A program made the translations under genes and the position numbers. A model generated the notes under the pieces. It made no database searches, had not been told where the DNA came from, and was given only the letters and a program-made list of their open reading frames with translations. Source: Gemmatimonadota bacterium (GTDB lineage Bacteria; Gemmatimonadota; Gemmatimonadetes; Gemmatimonadales; Gemmatimonadaceae). Taken from it: a stretch of 64,000 nucleotides of DNA. The stretch spans positions 3,205 to 67,204 of the forward strand of contig JANOTB010000133.1 in NCBI GenBank assembly GCA_031416115.1, given 5' to 3'. Below, in pieces: positions 18,592 through 31,214 of this stretch (position 1 is its first letter; each line of letters opens with the position of its first letter).

Positions 18592-20815
18592 GCCGACCGG
18601 TACGCAGCCGAAGTCCGCGGTCGAACCGCAAGCGGAGCACGCCCCGCTCTCCGTCGCGGCGATCCACGCGATCATCACCGGCACGCATGCCGATCCGTTC
18701 GGCGTGCTCGGCATCCACGAGGTCGGCGGTACAGCGGTGCTGCGCGCCTTCGTGCCTGGCGCCGAGCAGGTCGAGGTGATCTCGCCCGAGGGCGCCACGC
18801 TCGCCACGCTCGAACGACGCCACGACGCCGGCTTCTTCGAAGGTCCGGTGCACGGCCGACCGCAGTACCGGCTGCGTGCCACGCGCGCGAACGATTGTTG
18901 GACGATCGACGACCCCTATGCCTACAGCCCCTTGCTCGGCCCGATGGACGACTGGCTCCTCGGCGAGGGAACGCACGCACAGCTCTATGATCGGCTGGGC
19001 GCACACCTTGTGACGCACGAAGGCAGCGCCGGCGTGCACTTCGCGCTCTGGGCGCCCAATGCGCGTCGCGTGAGTGTGGTGGGCCCCTTCAATCGCTGGG
19101 ACGGTCGGCGGCACGTGATGCGGCGGCGGCATGGCACCGGCGTCTGGGAGATCTTCATCCCGGAGTTGGGTGAAGGGACGCTGTACAAGTACGAACTGAC
19201 GAGTGCGGCCGGCCGACTGATGCCGCTCAAATCCGACCCGGTCGGGTTCGGCGCCGAACTACGCCCGTCCACGGCCTCGGTCGTGCGCGACACCGAACAT
19301 TTCGTGTGGAACGACCAGGAGTGGATGCAGTCGCGCGCCGACGTCCCGGTGCGTCGTGCGCCGATGGCCGCGTACGAAGTACACCTCGGCTCCTGGCAGC
19401 GCGGCGACCAAGGCGAGTGGCTGAGCTACGACGAGCTCGCCGATCGACTCGTGCCCTATGTGAAGGCGATGGGGTTCACGCATCTGGAACTCATGCCGGT
19501 GAACGAGCACCCGCTCGACAAGTCGTGGGGCTATCAGCCGGTGGGGATGTTCGCACCAACGGCACGCTTCGGTGATCCAGCCGCGTTCGCGCGATTCGTC
19601 GACCGCTGCCATGTGGAAGGCATCGGCGTGATCATCGACTGGGTGCCCGCACACTTCCCCGTTGACGCACACGGTCTCGCGCGGTTCGACGGCACCGCGC
19701 TCTACGAGCACGAGGACCCGCGGCTCGGCTTCCATCCCGACTGGAACACCGCGATCTACAACTTCGGCCGCCGCGAAGTCTGCAACTTCCTGATCGCAAG
19801 CGCGCTGTTCTGGCTCGACCGCTACCACGTCGACGGCCTGCGCGTGGATGCCGTCGCGTCGATGCTCTATCTGGACTACTCGCGCAAGGACGGCGAGTGG
19901 ATCCCCAACCGGTTCGGCGGTCGCGAGAACCTCGAGGCGGTCGCGTTCCTCAAGCGCATGAACGAGGCTGTCTACAGCCGCTTCCCCGGCGCGTTCACGA
20001 TCGCCGAAGAGAGCACGGCTTGGCCGGCAGTCTCGCGCCCGACATTCGACGGCGGCCTCGGGTTCGGACTCAAGTGGAACATGGGGTGGATGCACGACAC
20101 CCTCGACTACATGACCGAGGACCCGGTGCACCGCCGGTGGCATCACAACAAGATGACGTTCGGTCTCATGTACGCGTTCAGCGAGAACTTCGTCCTGCCG
20201 CTCTCGCATGACGAGGTCGTGCACGGCAAGGGGTCGTTGCTCGCGCGCTTCCCTGGCGACGCCTGGCGCAAGTTCGCGGGCCTGCGGGCCTACCTCGCGT
20301 TCACGTGGGCGTACCCGGGCAAGAAGCTGCTCTTCATGGGTGGCGAGTTCGGTCAGGGGCGTGAGTGGGACTTCGATGGGTCGCTCGACTGGCCCCTGCT
20401 CGACGTCGCGTGGCATCGCGGTGTGCAGGGGCTCATGAAGGACTGCAACCGCATCATGCGTGCGGAGGGAGCGTTGCATGAGCGCGACTGCGAGAGCGAG
20501 GGATTCAAGTGGATCGTCGTCGACGACGCGGCCGCGTCGGTCTTCGCCTGGGTACGGCTCGGTGGTGTGGGCACGCGTCCGGTCGTTGCGATATCGAACC
20601 TGACGCCGACTCCCCGCCCGGCGTACAGGCTCGGTCTCCCGCTCAGCGGTCGCTGGACCGAGGTGCTCAACACCGACGCTGGACTCTACGGCGGCTCGAA
20701 TGTCGGCAATGCGGGAGGGATCGTCGCGACGGAGGGTCCGAGTCACGGGTATCCGTACTCGGCGGACCTGACGATCCCCCCGCTCGCAACGATCTGGCTG
20801 GTGCACGAAGCGTAG
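18569..20815 (+). CDS. glgB: 1,4-alpha-glucan branching enzyme
   Basis: GH13 branching-enzyme motifs ([42 protein letters not shown]). ATG 18569 was chosen and overlaps the glgP end by 23 nt. Confidence 0.9.
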   Translation: MPPRKRAKPTGTQPKSAVEPQAEHAPLSVAAIHAIITGTHADPFGVLGIHEVGGTAVLRAFVPGAEQVEVISPEGATLATLERRHDAGFFEGPVHGRPQYRLRATRANDCWTIDDPYAYSPLLGPMDDWLLGEGTHAQLYDRLGAHLVTHEGSAGVHFALWAPNARRVSVVGPFNRWDGRRHVMRRRHGTGVWEIFIPELGEGTLYKYELTSAAGRLMPLKSDPVGFGAELRPSTASVVRDTEHFVWNDQEWMQSRADVPVRRAPMAAYEVHLGSWQRGDQGEWLSYDELADRLVPYVKAMGFTHLELMPVNEHPLDKSWGYQPVGMFAPTARFGDPAAFARFVDRCHVEGIGVIIDWVPAHFPVDAHGLARFDGTALYEHEDPRLGFHPDWNTAIYNFGRREVCNFLIASALFWLDRYHVDGLRVDAVASMLYLDYSRKDGEWIPNRFGGRENLEAVAFLKRMNEAVYSRFPGAFTIAEESTAWPAVSRPTFDGGLGFGLKWNMGWMHDTLDYMTEDPVHRRWHHNKMTFGLMYAFSENFVLPLSHDEVVHGKGSLLARFPGDAWRKFAGLRAYLAFTWAYPGKKLLFMGGEFGQGREWDFDGSLDWPLLDVAWHRGVQGLMKDCNRIMRAEGALHERDCESEGFKWIVVDDAAASVFAWVRLGGVGTRPVVAISNLTPTPRPAYRLGLPLSGRWTEVLNTDAGLYGGSNVGNAGGIVATEGPSHGYPYSADLTIPPLATIWLVHEA

Positions 20816-20879
20816 GACGTCCTCGACGGGCGCCGTTCACGCTTGGCAGGCCATCACAGTCGCAGCCCCGGAGGGGCCG

Positions 20880-22145
20880 ATGCCGCAGGTCACGTACTCC
20901 CAACCGATCTCTCGCACCACGATGGCGTATGTGCTCGCCGGTGGACGCGGCTCGCGCCTCATGGAACTGACCGACCGGCGCGCCAAGCCCGCGGTCTACT
21001 TCGGCGGCAAGTCGCGGATCGTCGACTTCACGCTCTCCAACGCGCTCAACTCCGGCATCCGCCGCCTCGCGGTCGCGACGCAGTACAAGGCACATAGCCT
21101 GATCCGTCACCTGCAGCGTGGCTGGAACTTCCTGCGCACGGAACGCAATGAGAGTTTCGACGTGCTCCCCGCGAGCCAGCGCGTGAGCGAGAGTCAGTGG
21201 TATGCGGGCACCGCCGACGCCGTGTTCCAGAACATCGACATCATCGACGGTTACGCGCCCGAGTACCTGCTGATCCTCGCCGGCGACCACATCTACAAGA
21301 TGGACTACGAGCGGATGCTCGTGCAGCATGTGAACTCCGGCGCCGACGTGACCGTCGCGTGCGTGGAGGTGCCGATCGCCGAAGCGAGCGGATTCGGCGT
21401 CATGCATGTGGGCGCCGATGATCGGATCGTCGACTTCTTCGAGAAACCGGTGCACCCGCCGGAGATGCCGGGCAAACCCGGTTGGGCGCTCGCGAGTATG
21501 GGCATCTACGTGTTCAAGCGCGAGTTCCTCAACGAGCAGCTCCGCCGCGACGCCGCCGACCCGGACTCCACGCGTGACTTCGGCAAGGACATCATCCCCT
21601 GGCTCGTCAAGAACGCCAAGGCCGTCGCGCACCACTTCACCGACAGTTGCGTTCGCGGACGCACCGAGCAGGATGTCTACTGGCGCGACGTCGGCACGAT
21701 CGACGCGTATTGGGAAGCGAATGTGGATCTCACCGACGTCGTTCCGCGCCTCGACCTCTTCGACCAGAACTGGCCGATCTGGACGCACGCGGAGATCACG
21801 CCGCCGGCCAAGTTCGTGCATGACATCGACGGCCGACGTGGTGAGGCGGTCAGCTCACTCGTCTCGGGTGGGTGCATCGTCTCGGGCGCGCAGGTGCATC
21901 GTTCGCTGCTGTTCACCGGCGTGACGGTGCACTCGTACTCCGACGTCGAGAATGGCGTGATCCTCCCCTACGTCGACATCGGACGCGGCTCGCAACTCAA
22001 GAACGTCGTCATTGACAAGGGCGTGAAGATCCCGGCCGGGCTCATCGTCGGGTACGACCCGCGTGCCGACGCGCAGCGGTTCCGCCGTTCGGCCGGCGGC
22101 GTCTGTCTGATCACCCAACCGATGATCGACCGGCTCGGGACATGA
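20880..22145 (+). CDS. glgC: glucose-1-phosphate adenylyltransferase
   Basis: [37 protein letters not shown]-terminal signature. 421 aa. Confidence 0.95.
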   Translation: MPQVTYSQPISRTTMAYVLAGGRGSRLMELTDRRAKPAVYFGGKSRIVDFTLSNALNSGIRRLAVATQYKAHSLIRHLQRGWNFLRTERNESFDVLPASQRVSESQWYAGTADAVFQNIDIIDGYAPEYLLILAGDHIYKMDYERMLVQHVNSGADVTVACVEVPIAEASGFGVMHVGADDRIVDFFEKPVHPPEMPGKPGWALASMGIYVFKREFLNEQLRRDAADPDSTRDFGKDIIPWLVKNAKAVAHHFTDSCVRGRTEQDVYWRDVGTIDAYWEANVDLTDVVPRLDLFDQNWPIWTHAEITPPAKFVHDIDGRRGEAVSSLVSGGCIVSGAQVHRSLLFTGVTVHSYSDVENGVILPYVDIGRGSQLKNVVIDKGVKIPAGLIVGYDPRADAQRFRRSAGGVCLITQPMIDRLGT

Positions 22146-23608
22146 GCGTGCAGGCGACGCTGCGGCTCCTCTCGGTCGCGTCCGAGGCGTACCCACTCGT
22201 GAAGACCGGTGGCCTCGCCGACGTCGTGGGTGCGCTGCCACAGGCGCTCGCGGCCCATGGCGTGGCTGTGCGCACGCTGTTGCCCGCGTATCCCGGCGTG
22301 CTCGCCCTGCTCGGCGACGCGACCGCCGTGCACGCATACGACGACCTGATGGGCGGTCCAGCGCGTGTCCTCGCGGGGACGCACGCCGGCATCGACGTGC
22401 TCGCGATCGAGGCGCCGCACCTCTATCGTCGCACCGGCACGCCGTACGCCGACGCGCAGGGCCGCGATTGGCCGGACAACGGACTCCGCTTTGCCGCACT
22501 CGCCCGTGTCGCTGCCGACGTCGGTCGCGGGGCCGTCGCGGGTTACCGTCCGGACGTCGTGCACGCGCACGACTGGCAGGCGGGACTCACGCCGGCATAC
22601 CTGCGGTACGGCGGCGGCCCGCGCCCGGCGACGGTGATGACGGTGCACAACCTCGCCTTCCAAGGGCAGTTCCCTGCCTCGCTGATGTCGCGGATCGGTC
22701 TCCCGCCGGAGTCGTTCTCGGTCGAGGGCGTGGAGTACTACGGCGCGGTCGGCTTTCTCAAGGCGGGGCTCGCGATGGCCGACCACATCACGACGGTCTC
22801 GCCGACCTACGCGGCCGAGATCCGATCGAGCGGGAGCGGGATGGGACTCGACGGCCTGCTGCGGCAGCGCGCCGCGTCGGTCACGGGGATCCTCAACGGC
22901 ATCGACGTCGACGTGTGGGACCCGGCCCGCGATGATCGGATCGCCGCGCGCTACGACGTGAAGCGCATCAAGGCGCGCGCGATCAACAAGGCGGCATTGC
23001 AGGCGAAGCTCGGCCTCGACCTCGACCCCAACGCGCTGCTCTTTGGCGTGGTGACCCGACTCACCTGGCAGAAGGGGATGGACCTGCTGATCGAGGTGCT
23101 GCCGCGCCTCGTCGAGCGCGGGGCGCAGCTGGCACTCCTTGGCTCTGGCGAGGACGCCATCGCACTGGGGTTCTCGGCGGCCGCACGTCAGCACGCGGGG
23201 CGCATCGCCGGGCTGATCGGCTACAACGAGGACCTCGCGCATGGCATACAGGCGGGCGCGGACGCGTTGCTGGTGCCGTCGCGCTTCGAACCGTGCGGAC
23301 TCACACAGCTCTGCGCACTCCGCTACGGCGCGGTCCCGGTCGTTGCGCGCACCGGCGGGCTCGCCGACACCGTGATCGACGCGAACGAGATGGCGCTCGC
23401 GGCCAAGGCCGGCACCGGTGTGATGTTCTCTCCGGTCACCGCCGGCGCGCTCACCGCCGCGATCGAACGCACGGCCGACCTCTGGACGGACAGGACGACG
23501 TGGCGTGGACTCCAACGTCGCGGCATGGCCACCGATGTGAGCTGGACGCGTCCGGCCGCGCGCTACGCCGCGCTCTACCGCGCTCTGGTGGAGCAGCGCG
23601 CGCCGTGA
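22142..23608 (+). CDS. glgA: glycogen synthase (GT5)
   Basis: [23 protein letters not shown]-glucose site. ATGA overlap with glgC. Confidence 0.95.
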   Translation: MSVQATLRLLSVASEAYPLVKTGGLADVVGALPQALAAHGVAVRTLLPAYPGVLALLGDATAVHAYDDLMGGPARVLAGTHAGIDVLAIEAPHLYRRTGTPYADAQGRDWPDNGLRFAALARVAADVGRGAVAGYRPDVVHAHDWQAGLTPAYLRYGGGPRPATVMTVHNLAFQGQFPASLMSRIGLPPESFSVEGVEYYGAVGFLKAGLAMADHITTVSPTYAAEIRSSGSGMGLDGLLRQRAASVTGILNGIDVDVWDPARDDRIAARYDVKRIKARAINKAALQAKLGLDLDPNALLFGVVTRLTWQKGMDLLIEVLPRLVERGAQLALLGSGEDAIALGFSAAARQHAGRIAGLIGYNEDLAHGIQAGADALLVPSRFEPCGLTQLCALRYGAVPVVARTGGLADTVIDANEMALAAKAGTGVMFSPVTAGALTAAIERTADLWTDRTTWRGLQRRGMATDVSWTRPAARYAALYRALVEQRAP

Positions 23609-26600
23609 GCGTGCGCCGCCTCCTCCCCGGGACCCACGAGCCACTCGGCGTGACGCTGGCTGGTGGAGGCGCGAACATCGCGGTGTACTCCGCGCATGCG
23701 ACGTCGATCACGCTCTGTCTGTTCGACGAGGCGGGCGAGCGCGAGGTGGAGCGGATCGCGCTGCCGGAGCGTACGGGGGATGTCTTTCACGGACTCGTCC
23801 TCGGGCTCGAGGCGGGTGCGCGCTACGGGTTGCGCGCCGAGGGACCCTACGCGCCGGAGGACGGTCATCGCTTCAATCCGGCCAAGCTGCTCGTGGATCC
23901 GTATGCGCGCGCGCTCGATCGCGGCTTCGTGCTGCACACTGCGCAGAGCGGCCAGCACGCGGACGGTCGCCGCGACGAGACCGACAGCGCGGCGGTGATG
24001 CCAAAGGCGATCGTGATGCCATCGCTCGCCGAGTTCGAGGAAGCGCACGATCGTACGCGCCTCGGGCGCGCGCGGGCGCCGCGGCCGCGCACGCCCTGGG
24101 GCGAGAGCGTCCTGTACGAGATGCATGTGCGCGGCTTCACCAAGCGTCATCCCGACGTACCGCTCGCGCTGCGCGGCACCTGTGCCGGACTCGCGCACCC
24201 GGCGGCGATCGATCATCTCGTGACGCTCGGCATCACGGCGGTCGAACTGCTCCCGATCGCCGCCGCGATCAGCGAATCGCATCTCGCTCGGCTCGGCCTC
24301 ACGAACTACTGGGGCTACAACACGGCGGGATGGATGGTGCCCGACGCGCGCCTCGCGCCCGGCGGCATCGGCGAACTGCGCGCCTGCGTCGACGCGTTGC
24401 ACGAGGCCGGGATCGAAGTGCTGCTCGACGTCGTGCTCAATCACAGTGGCGAGAGCGACGCGAGCGGCCCCACGTTGTCGCTGCGCGGCCTCGACAACGC
24501 GACCTACTACCGGCTCGTGCCCAGCGACGCGGCGCGCTATGTGAACGACACCGGCACCGGGAACACGCTCGCGCTCGACCGCGCCCCCGTCGCGCGGCTC
24601 GCGCTCGATACGCTGCGCTACTATGCCGAGTGGGCCGGGGTCGATGGGTTCCGCTACGACCTCGCGACGACGCTCGCGCGCCGGGAGAGCGGGTTCGACC
24701 CGGCGGCGCCGCTTCTGAGCGCGATCGAACGCGACCCGGTGTTGCGCGAACTCAAGCACATCGCGGAACCCTGGGACGTCGGACACGGTGGGTATCAGCT
24801 CGGCAACTTCCCGCCGACTTGGGGCGAGTGGAACGACCGCTACCGCGATGCGGTCCGTCGATTCTGGCGTGGCCAGGGCGAGCAGGTGGGCGAGCTTGCG
24901 ACGCGACTCTCGGGGTCGCCTGACGTCTTCGGCTCCCGGGAGCGTGCACCGACGCGCTCGGTGAACTTCGTGACCGCGCATGACGGGTTCACGCTCGCGG
25001 ATCTCGTCTCGTACGAGCACAAGCACAATGAGGCGAACGGCGAGGGGAATCGTGACGGCACCAATGCGAACTCCTCGTGGAACCATGGTCACGAAGGGCC
25101 GAGCGACTCGCCTCGCATCCGCGCGCGCCGCGAGGGAGACGCACGCGCGCTCCTGGCGACGCTCCTCTGCTCGCGCGGCACGCCGATGCTCAGCATGGGC
25201 GACGAACTCGGACACTCGCAGCGCGGCAACAACAATGCCTACGCACAGGACAACGAGACCACCTGGCTCGACTGGGCACAGGCGGACCGTGCGCTCATTG
25301 GATTCACGGGCGCACTCGTCGCACTGCGCAGGGCCCATCCGGCGCTGCGCGACGACCGCTGGCTCACGGGGACGCTCGAACACCCGCACGGCTCGATCGC
25401 CGATGTGCAGTGGTTCCGTACCGACGGGCACTGGATGTCGTACGACGACTGGTCGTCCGCGCGCGTGAACACGCTGATCGCGTCGTTGGTCGCCGACCCC
25501 GACGACCGCTGCTTGGTGATCATCCACGGCGGGGCGCAACCTGTGTTGGTGCACCTCCCATCGGCGCGTGACGGCTACCGCTGGCAACTCGTGATCGACA
25601 CCGCCGCGGAAGACCCCGCGCGCACGCCGCCCGCCACCGTTCCTCCGGGTCCGATCAGGCTGAGCGCACGCAGTGTGGCGCTGCTCGTGGAAGCACCACA
25701 TTCGTCCGACGTTCATGACCAGGGAGCCGCCGTACGCATGACTTTCCCCCGCGCCGCAGGTCTCCTGTTGCATCCGACCTCGCTCCCCGGCACGGGTGGC
25801 ATTGGCGACCTCGGTCCCGAGGCGCATCACTTCGCCGAGTTCATGGCGTCGGCCGGTTTCACTGTCTGGCAGGTCCTGCCGATCGGCCCCACCGGCTATG
25901 GCGACTCGCCGTATCAGTGCTTCTCCGCGTTCGCCGGCAATCCGCTGCTCGTGCATGTCGCGGGGTTCGAGGGGGACTTCCCACGGCACACGGTCGACTT
26001 CGGCCGCGTGATCGCGGCCAAGCAGGTCGCGCTCCGCCGCGTGACGGACGCGTTCGTGCCCAGCGACGAGTACCGCCGCTTCTGCGCCGATCAGGCCTGG
26101 TGGCTCGAGGACTACGCGCTGTTCATGGCGCTCAAGAGCGCGCATGGCGGCGTGCAGTGGACCGAGTGGGACGCCGGTGCGCGCCGCCGTGAGGCGGTGT
26201 CGCTGGCACGCTGGCGCAACACGCTGGCTCCCGACATCGAGCATCAGCGGCGCACGCAGTACCTGTTCTTCCTGCAGTGGGGCGCGCTCCGATCGGCGTG
26301 CGCGGCGCGCGGCATCACGATCATGGGCGACCTGCCGATCTATGTCGCCCACGATTCCGCCGACGTCTGGGCCGCACCCGAACTGTTCAAGCTCGACGCC
26401 GACGGACGGCCGCTCGTGGTCGCTGGCGTGCCACCGGACTACTTCAGCACCACAGGCCAGCGCTGGGGAAACCCCATCTACGACTGGGATGCCATGCGCG
26501 CCGACGGCTTCGCGTGGTGGATCCGCCGGATGAAGGCGATGTTCGCGAACTTCGATATTGTGCGGATCGATCACTTCCGCGGCTTCGAGGCGTATTGGGA

Positions 26601-27204
26601 GATCCCCGGCGGCGACACGACCGCGGTGAACGGTCACTGGGTCAAGGCGCCGGGCGACGAACTCTTCACCACGATCACCGCCGCGCTCGGTCCACTGCCG
26701 ATCGTCGCCGAGAATCTCGGAGTGATCACGCCTGAGGTCGAGGCGCTGCGCGCCAAGTTCGGCTACCCGGGCATGAGCGTCCTGCAGTTCGCGTTCGGCG
26801 CCGACGGCAACGCCAACGACTTCCAGCCGCACACATATCCCCGTGAACGGGTCGTGTACACCGGGACGCACGACAACGACACCACCGTCGGCTGGTGGAA
26901 CTCGACGCCCAGCGCCGACTCGACGCGCACCGCGGAGCGCATCCAGCAGGAGAAGGACTTCGCCTGCCGCTACCTCGGTAGCGACGGCAAGGAGATCCAC
27001 TGGACGATGATGCGCGCGGTGCTCGCCTCAGTGGCGAACACCGCGCTCATCCCCCTGCAGGACCTGCTCGGCCTCGGTGGCGAGGCGCGCATGAATCTCC
27101 CCGGACGACCGACTGGCAACTGGGGCTTCCGATTCACGTGGGACCAGGTGACCCCGGACATCACACGCCGCATCCGCGCGCTGGTGGACCTCTACCAGCG
27201 TTGA
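23605..27204 (+). CDS. glgX-malQ: single ORF fusing glycogen debranching enzyme GlgX (N) to 4-alpha-glucanotransferase MalQ (C)
   Basis: GTG 23605 (GTGA overlap with glgA). The GlgX motifs are [33 protein letters not shown] and [10 protein letters not shown], ending about ...RSVALLVE. A ~16-aa linker with no stop codon follows. Then comes [18 protein letters not shown]...[18 protein letters not shown], a GH77 amylomaltase running to 27204. Confidence 0.85.
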   Translation: MSVRRLLPGTHEPLGVTLAGGGANIAVYSAHATSITLCLFDEAGEREVERIALPERTGDVFHGLVLGLEAGARYGLRAEGPYAPEDGHRFNPAKLLVDPYARALDRGFVLHTAQSGQHADGRRDETDSAAVMPKAIVMPSLAEFEEAHDRTRLGRARAPRPRTPWGESVLYEMHVRGFTKRHPDVPLALRGTCAGLAHPAAIDHLVTLGITAVELLPIAAAISESHLARLGLTNYWGYNTAGWMVPDARLAPGGIGELRACVDALHEAGIEVLLDVVLNHSGESDASGPTLSLRGLDNATYYRLVPSDAARYVNDTGTGNTLALDRAPVARLALDTLRYYAEWAGVDGFRYDLATTLARRESGFDPAAPLLSAIERDPVLRELKHIAEPWDVGHGGYQLGNFPPTWGEWNDRYRDAVRRFWRGQGEQVGELATRLSGSPDVFGSRERAPTRSVNFVTAHDGFTLADLVSYEHKHNEANGEGNRDGTNANSSWNHGHEGPSDSPRIRARREGDARALLATLLCSRGTPMLSMGDELGHSQRGNNNAYAQDNETTWLDWAQADRALIGFTGALVALRRAHPALRDDRWLTGTLEHPHGSIADVQWFRTDGHWMSYDDWSSARVNTLIASLVADPDDRCLVIIHGGAQPVLVHLPSARDGYRWQLVIDTAAEDPARTPPATVPPGPIRLSARSVALLVEAPHSSDVHDQGAAVRMTFPRAAGLLLHPTSLPGTGGIGDLGPEAHHFAEFMASAGFTVWQVLPIGPTGYGDSPYQCFSAFAGNPLLVHVAGFEGDFPRHTVDFGRVIAAKQVALRRVTDAFVPSDEYRRFCADQAWWLEDYALFMALKSAHGGVQWTEWDAGARRREAVSLARWRNTLAPDIEHQRRTQYLFFLQWGALRSACAARGITIMGDLPIYVAHDSADVWAAPELFKLDADGRPLVVAGVPPDYFSTTGQRWGNPIYDWDAMRADGFAWWIRRMKAMFANFDIVRIDHFRGFEAYWEIPGGDTTAVNGHWVKAPGDELFTTITAALGPLPIVAENLGVITPEVEALRAKFGYPGMSVLQFAFGADGNANDFQPHTYPRERVVYTGTHDNDTTVGWWNSTPSADSTRTAERIQQEKDFACRYLGSDGKEIHWTMMRAVLASVANTALIPLQDLLGLGGEARMNLPGRPTGNWGFRFTWDQVTPDITRRIRALVDLYQR

Positions 27205-27206
27205 GG

Positions 27207-27232
27207 AGCGTCCGCCGAATGGCGGCGACGCT
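27207..27232 (+). terminator. imperfect hairpin just after the malQ stop (5 bp + 2-nt bulge + 5 bp, gaat loop)
   Basis: Read directly from the sequence. No T-tract follows. Confidence 0.3.
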
Positions 27233-27355
27233 GGGCGACTGCGTACGGTCCGTCCGGGGCCGGGTTCAACGCCGATCAGTGGCACCCGCGTAGGTTTCGT
27301 TAGACGTTCCTTCGCACGTTTCTTCGCTCGCGACAAATCTCCCGACTCCGTTCCC

Positions 27356-28573
27356 ATGACCGCAGCTCAAGTGCGCATCGTCACCACAACGTTCGCGCTC
27401 GCCTTCACCTCCGCCGTGGCCTGTGAGGCCCAGCCTGGGATGGGCGCTGGGGGAACCCGGATCCAGCCCGGCCAAGAGTGCCCGGCTGGCATGACCGAGA
27501 TCCGCCCTGGCAACTGCCAAGCACCAACACTCCCGGCACCGAGCATTCTCGACTACCGGCCCCGATCCACGCTTGTGACCGTCGAGCACAAGGTCCCCAA
27601 GGCGAAGTTCCCTGCGATCGACTACCACGGTCATCCTACCGGCGCGCAACTCGGGTCGGCGGAGGCGCTGGAACAGTTCGGCAACGAGCTCGACGCGATC
27701 GGCGTCCGTATGATCGTCGCGGCCAACAACACCAGCGGTGACGCCCTCAGGCTGCAGTCGGCGCTCGTCGCCGCGTCGCCCCGCATGCGCGACCGCGTGC
27801 GCTTCCTCACGGGAGTCAGCTTCAACAACGTGGGCCCCGGCTGGGCGCAACGTGCGGTCGCACAGCTCGAGGCCGACGTCGCCGCCGGTGCCGTCGGCAT
27901 TGGCGAGATCGGAAAGGGGCTCGGCCTCTCCAATAAGAAGGCCGACGGCTCACGTCTCAAGATCGACGACCCCGACCTCGATCCCGTCTGGCAGGCCGCC
28001 GCGCGGCTCAAGCTCCCGGTCTTCATCCACACCGCTGACCCTCAGGAGTTCTGGCAGCCGATCGACAACAAGAACGAACGCTGGCTGGAGCTCGCACTCT
28101 TTCCGGGCCGCCGTTACCCGGCCGAGAGCAATCCGAGCTTTGAACAGCTCACGACCGAGCGTGACAACATGATCCGCCGCAATCCGGGGACCACGTTCGT
28201 GATCGCACACCTCGGGTGGCATGCGAACGATCTGCCGCGGCTCGCGACGCTGATGGACGAGATGCCCAACCTCCTCACCGAGGTCGGCGCAGTGCTATAC
28301 GACATCGGCCGTCAGCCGCGCGCCGCCCACGACTTCTTCGTGCAGTATCAGGACCGGATCCTCTTCGGCAAGGACTCGTACCAGCCGTCGGAGTACCCGT
28401 ACTATTGGCGCGTCTTCGAGACGCGCGACGACTACTTCGACTACTACCGCGACTACCACGCGTCGTGGAAGCTCTACGGGATCGACCTGCCGGACGCGGT
28501 GCTCAAGAAGGTCTACTTCGGCAATGCGCTGCGGATCACCGGTCGGCTCCCGCAGAGCGGCTTTCCGCGTTAG
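27356..28573 (+). CDS. exported amidohydrolase-2 (TIM-barrel metal hydrolase) family protein
   Basis: Signal peptide followed by AIDYHGHP (HxH), FIHTADP, VIAHLG and GKDS motifs. Confidence 0.7.
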   Translation: MTAAQVRIVTTTFALAFTSAVACEAQPGMGAGGTRIQPGQECPAGMTEIRPGNCQAPTLPAPSILDYRPRSTLVTVEHKVPKAKFPAIDYHGHPTGAQLGSAEALEQFGNELDAIGVRMIVAANNTSGDALRLQSALVAASPRMRDRVRFLTGVSFNNVGPGWAQRAVAQLEADVAAGAVGIGEIGKGLGLSNKKADGSRLKIDDPDLDPVWQAAARLKLPVFIHTADPQEFWQPIDNKNERWLELALFPGRRYPAESNPSFEQLTTERDNMIRRNPGTTFVIAHLGWHANDLPRLATLMDEMPNLLTEVGAVLYDIGRQPRAAHDFFVQYQDRILFGKDSYQPSEYPYYWRVFETRDDYFDYYRDYHASWKLYGIDLPDAVLKKVYFGNALRITGRLPQSGFPR

Positions 28574-28769
28574 GCATCGCCGGCTGCCGTGCGCGCGCAC
28601 GCGTGGGCGCGCAGCGTCGACGGCTGCCTCACACGGCCTTGCATGTCTCGCCTCGCTCAAGATCGTAGGGGTCCGCTGACACCAAGCATCATCACTCACG
28701 TAGGGACCGCTGGCGCCGTCGTACAGAACGTACGACTTTGCCAGGCGCTCATTTTACCCGAGGCCCCCA

Positions 28770-31214
28770 GTGTCCCTCGATCTCCGCTACGTCCTCCGCA
28801 GTCTCTCGCGCGCGCCCGGCTTCGCCCTCGCGGTCATCCTGACCCTTGGACTCGGCATCGGCGCCAACACCGCGATCTTCAGCGCCGTGCGCGGCGTGCT
28901 GCTCCGCCCCCTCCCGCACGCCGAGGGCGAGCGACTCATGTACCTACGCCAGTCGGTCACGGCGCAGGGGGCCACGAACATCGCGTTCTCCGTCCCTGAG
29001 ATCAACGACTTCCGCGAGGCATCGCGCACGCTCGGCGAGATCGCCGAGTACTCGCCGATCACACTCTCGCTCGTCGAAGACCAGGACGCTTCACAGATCG
29101 ACGTGGGCCTCGTCACCGGCAACTACCTCTCGGTGATGGGGCTCGCCCCGGTGCTCGGCCGCCCATTCAGCCCCGCGGACGACGGCGCCGGCGCCGCGCC
29201 GGTCATCATGCTCGGGCACGCATACTGGCTCGCGCACTTCTCGGGTGACAGCGCAGTAGTCGGTCGCACCATGCGGATCGGCAACCGGCCGGTCGCGGTG
29301 ATCGGCGTGCTGCAGCCGGCGCCGTTCTTCCCCGGCCGGATCGACGCGCTCATGAACATGTCGATCAGCGAGCACCATGTGAGCGCGATGATGGTGCAGG
29401 GTCGCTCGCACCGCATGACCGAGATGATCGCGCGCCTTGCGCCCGGCACCACGGTGGAGCAGGCGCGCGCCGAAGTGGGCACGATAACCGACCGCGTGCA
29501 CACGCAGTTCCCCGAGACCTACGACGCGGCCTCCGGTTACGGCGTGACGCTCACGCCGTTCCAAGAAGTGCTGGGCGCCGACGCGCGCCTCACACTCTGG
29601 CTCCTGATGGGTGTCGCGGCCTTCGTCCTCGTGATCGCCTGTGCGAACGTCGCCAACCTCACGCTCATGCGCGGCGTGCGACGTGAGCACGAGATGATCG
29701 TGCGCGCCGCACTCGGCGCCGGCACAACGCGCCTGAGGCGCCTGCTGCTCGCCGAGAATCTGGTGCTCTCGTTCGCCGGCGCTGCCCTCGGGCTCGTGGT
29801 CGCGTATGCGGGCGTGGGAACGCTCTCGACGTTCATCGGCCGCTACAGTCCGCGCGCCAGTGAGATCCAGGTGGACGGCGTGGTGCTCTCATTCACGTTG
29901 CTGCTGGCGCTCGGCGTCGCGGTGTTGCTCTCGTACGCGCCACGCGTGGGCGCCGAGCGTACGCTCGGCGCGGGCCTCGCGGCGGGCGGCACACGGTCCA
30001 CCGGTGGAGTACGCCGCCGTCGCCTGCAGCAGGTGCTCGTGGTGGCGCAGGTGGCGGTCTCGGTGATCCTCCTCAGCGGTACCGGGTTGCTCGTGCGCTC
30101 CATGCAGCAGTTGGCCGCAGTCGATCCCGGTCTCGACACGCGGAATGTGCTCACCATGGAAGTGCCTGCCGACTTCACCGCACTCACGGACCTGTCGCGT
30201 GCGGCGAGCCGCTACGAACAGATGCAGCGGGAACTCTCGACGCTCCCGGGCGTGCAGGTCGTGGGACTAGGCTCGACCATTCCGCTGCGTGCGGCGGGCT
30301 TTCTGCTCGAGATCAAGGCCGAGGGCCGCACGCTCGGTCAGGGTGAGGCGGTCCCGATGGCCGAATATCGCACGGCCGACCCTGGCTACTTCCGCGCCGC
30401 GGGGATCCCACTGCTGAGTGGGCGCGAGTTCAGCTCCACCGACCTGCGCACTGCCGGTCGCGTCGTGATCCTCAACAAGACACTCGCGGACCGCCTCTTC
30501 CAGGGCGTGGACCCCGTAGGCCGACAGGTCGCGTGGACCGGTGACGTACTCAAGTTCATCGGAATTTCAGGGGACTGGCGCACCGTGGTCGGCGTGGTGG
30601 GAGACACCAAGGACGGCGGGCTCGACGCCAAGCCGCTGCCGGTGACCTTCACGCCGTTCGCTCAGGGCGACTTCCCCTCGGGCGGGCTCGTGATCCGCAG
30701 CGACGTGGATCTCGCCGGTCTCTCGACTGCGGCGCGCGCGATCGTGCGGTCGATCGCGCCCGAGCAGCCGATCGAGAATGTGATGTCGCTCGACGCGATC
30801 CGCGACGAGAGCGTGGGTCCGCGGCGGATCAACGCGCTGCTGGTCGGTGCGTTCGGCCTGCTCGCGCTGGTGATCGCTGCGATCGGGATCGCGGCGGTGC
30901 TGGCCTTCTCGGTCAGTGCGCGCACCAACGAGATCGGCATCCGCATGAGCCTCGGTGCCGACCCGCGCAGCGTGCAGGCGATGATCCTGCGTGAGGGCGG
31001 ACTGCTCGTCGGTCTCGGGTTGCTCACGGGCGTGGTGGGTTCGTTGCTGCTGGCGCGCAGCATCGAGGGCTTGCTCTATGGCGTCGCACCGCGCGACCCG
31101 GCCACGCTCGTTGCCGTGGCGCTGGTGATGGGCGCGATCGGCATGGCTGCCTGTTGGGTGCCCGCGGCGCGCGCGAGCCGGATCGATCCGTCGGAGTCGC
31201 TCAGGGCGTCGTGA
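28770..31214 (+). CDS. ADOP-family duplicated ABC-type permease (MacB/FtsX-like, two FtsX modules)
   Basis: N-terminal LRYVLRSLSRAPGFALAVILTLGLGIGANTAIFS signature. 814 aa with two 4-TM FtsX-type modules. No adjacent ATPase gene. Confidence 0.85.
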   Translation: MSLDLRYVLRSLSRAPGFALAVILTLGLGIGANTAIFSAVRGVLLRPLPHAEGERLMYLRQSVTAQGATNIAFSVPEINDFREASRTLGEIAEYSPITLSLVEDQDASQIDVGLVTGNYLSVMGLAPVLGRPFSPADDGAGAAPVIMLGHAYWLAHFSGDSAVVGRTMRIGNRPVAVIGVLQPAPFFPGRIDALMNMSISEHHVSAMMVQGRSHRMTEMIARLAPGTTVEQARAEVGTITDRVHTQFPETYDAASGYGVTLTPFQEVLGADARLTLWLLMGVAAFVLVIACANVANLTLMRGVRREHEMIVRAALGAGTTRLRRLLLAENLVLSFAGAALGLVVAYAGVGTLSTFIGRYSPRASEIQVDGVVLSFTLLLALGVAVLLSYAPRVGAERTLGAGLAAGGTRSTGGVRRRRLQQVLVVAQVAVSVILLSGTGLLVRSMQQLAAVDPGLDTRNVLTMEVPADFTALTDLSRAASRYEQMQRELSTLPGVQVVGLGSTIPLRAAGFLLEIKAEGRTLGQGEAVPMAEYRTADPGYFRAAGIPLLSGREFSSTDLRTAGRVVILNKTLADRLFQGVDPVGRQVAWTGDVLKFIGISGDWRTVVGVVGDTKDGGLDAKPLPVTFTPFAQGDFPSGGLVIRSDVDLAGLSTAARAIVRSIAPEQPIENVMSLDAIRDESVGPRRINALLVGAFGLLALVIAAIGIAAVLAFSVSARTNEIGIRMSLGADPRSVQAMILREGGLLVGLGLLTGVVGSLLLARSIEGLLYGVAPRDPATLVAVALVMGAIGMAACWVPAARASRIDPSESLRAS

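Noticed and set aside
16747-18882. 711-aa minus-strand ORF
   Set aside because: It is antisense to glgP/glgB and has no recognisable domain.
23575-27000. 1141-aa minus-strand ORF
   Set aside because: It is antisense to the glgX::malQ ORF, which has unambiguous GH13/GH77 motifs. It is a high-GC artefact.
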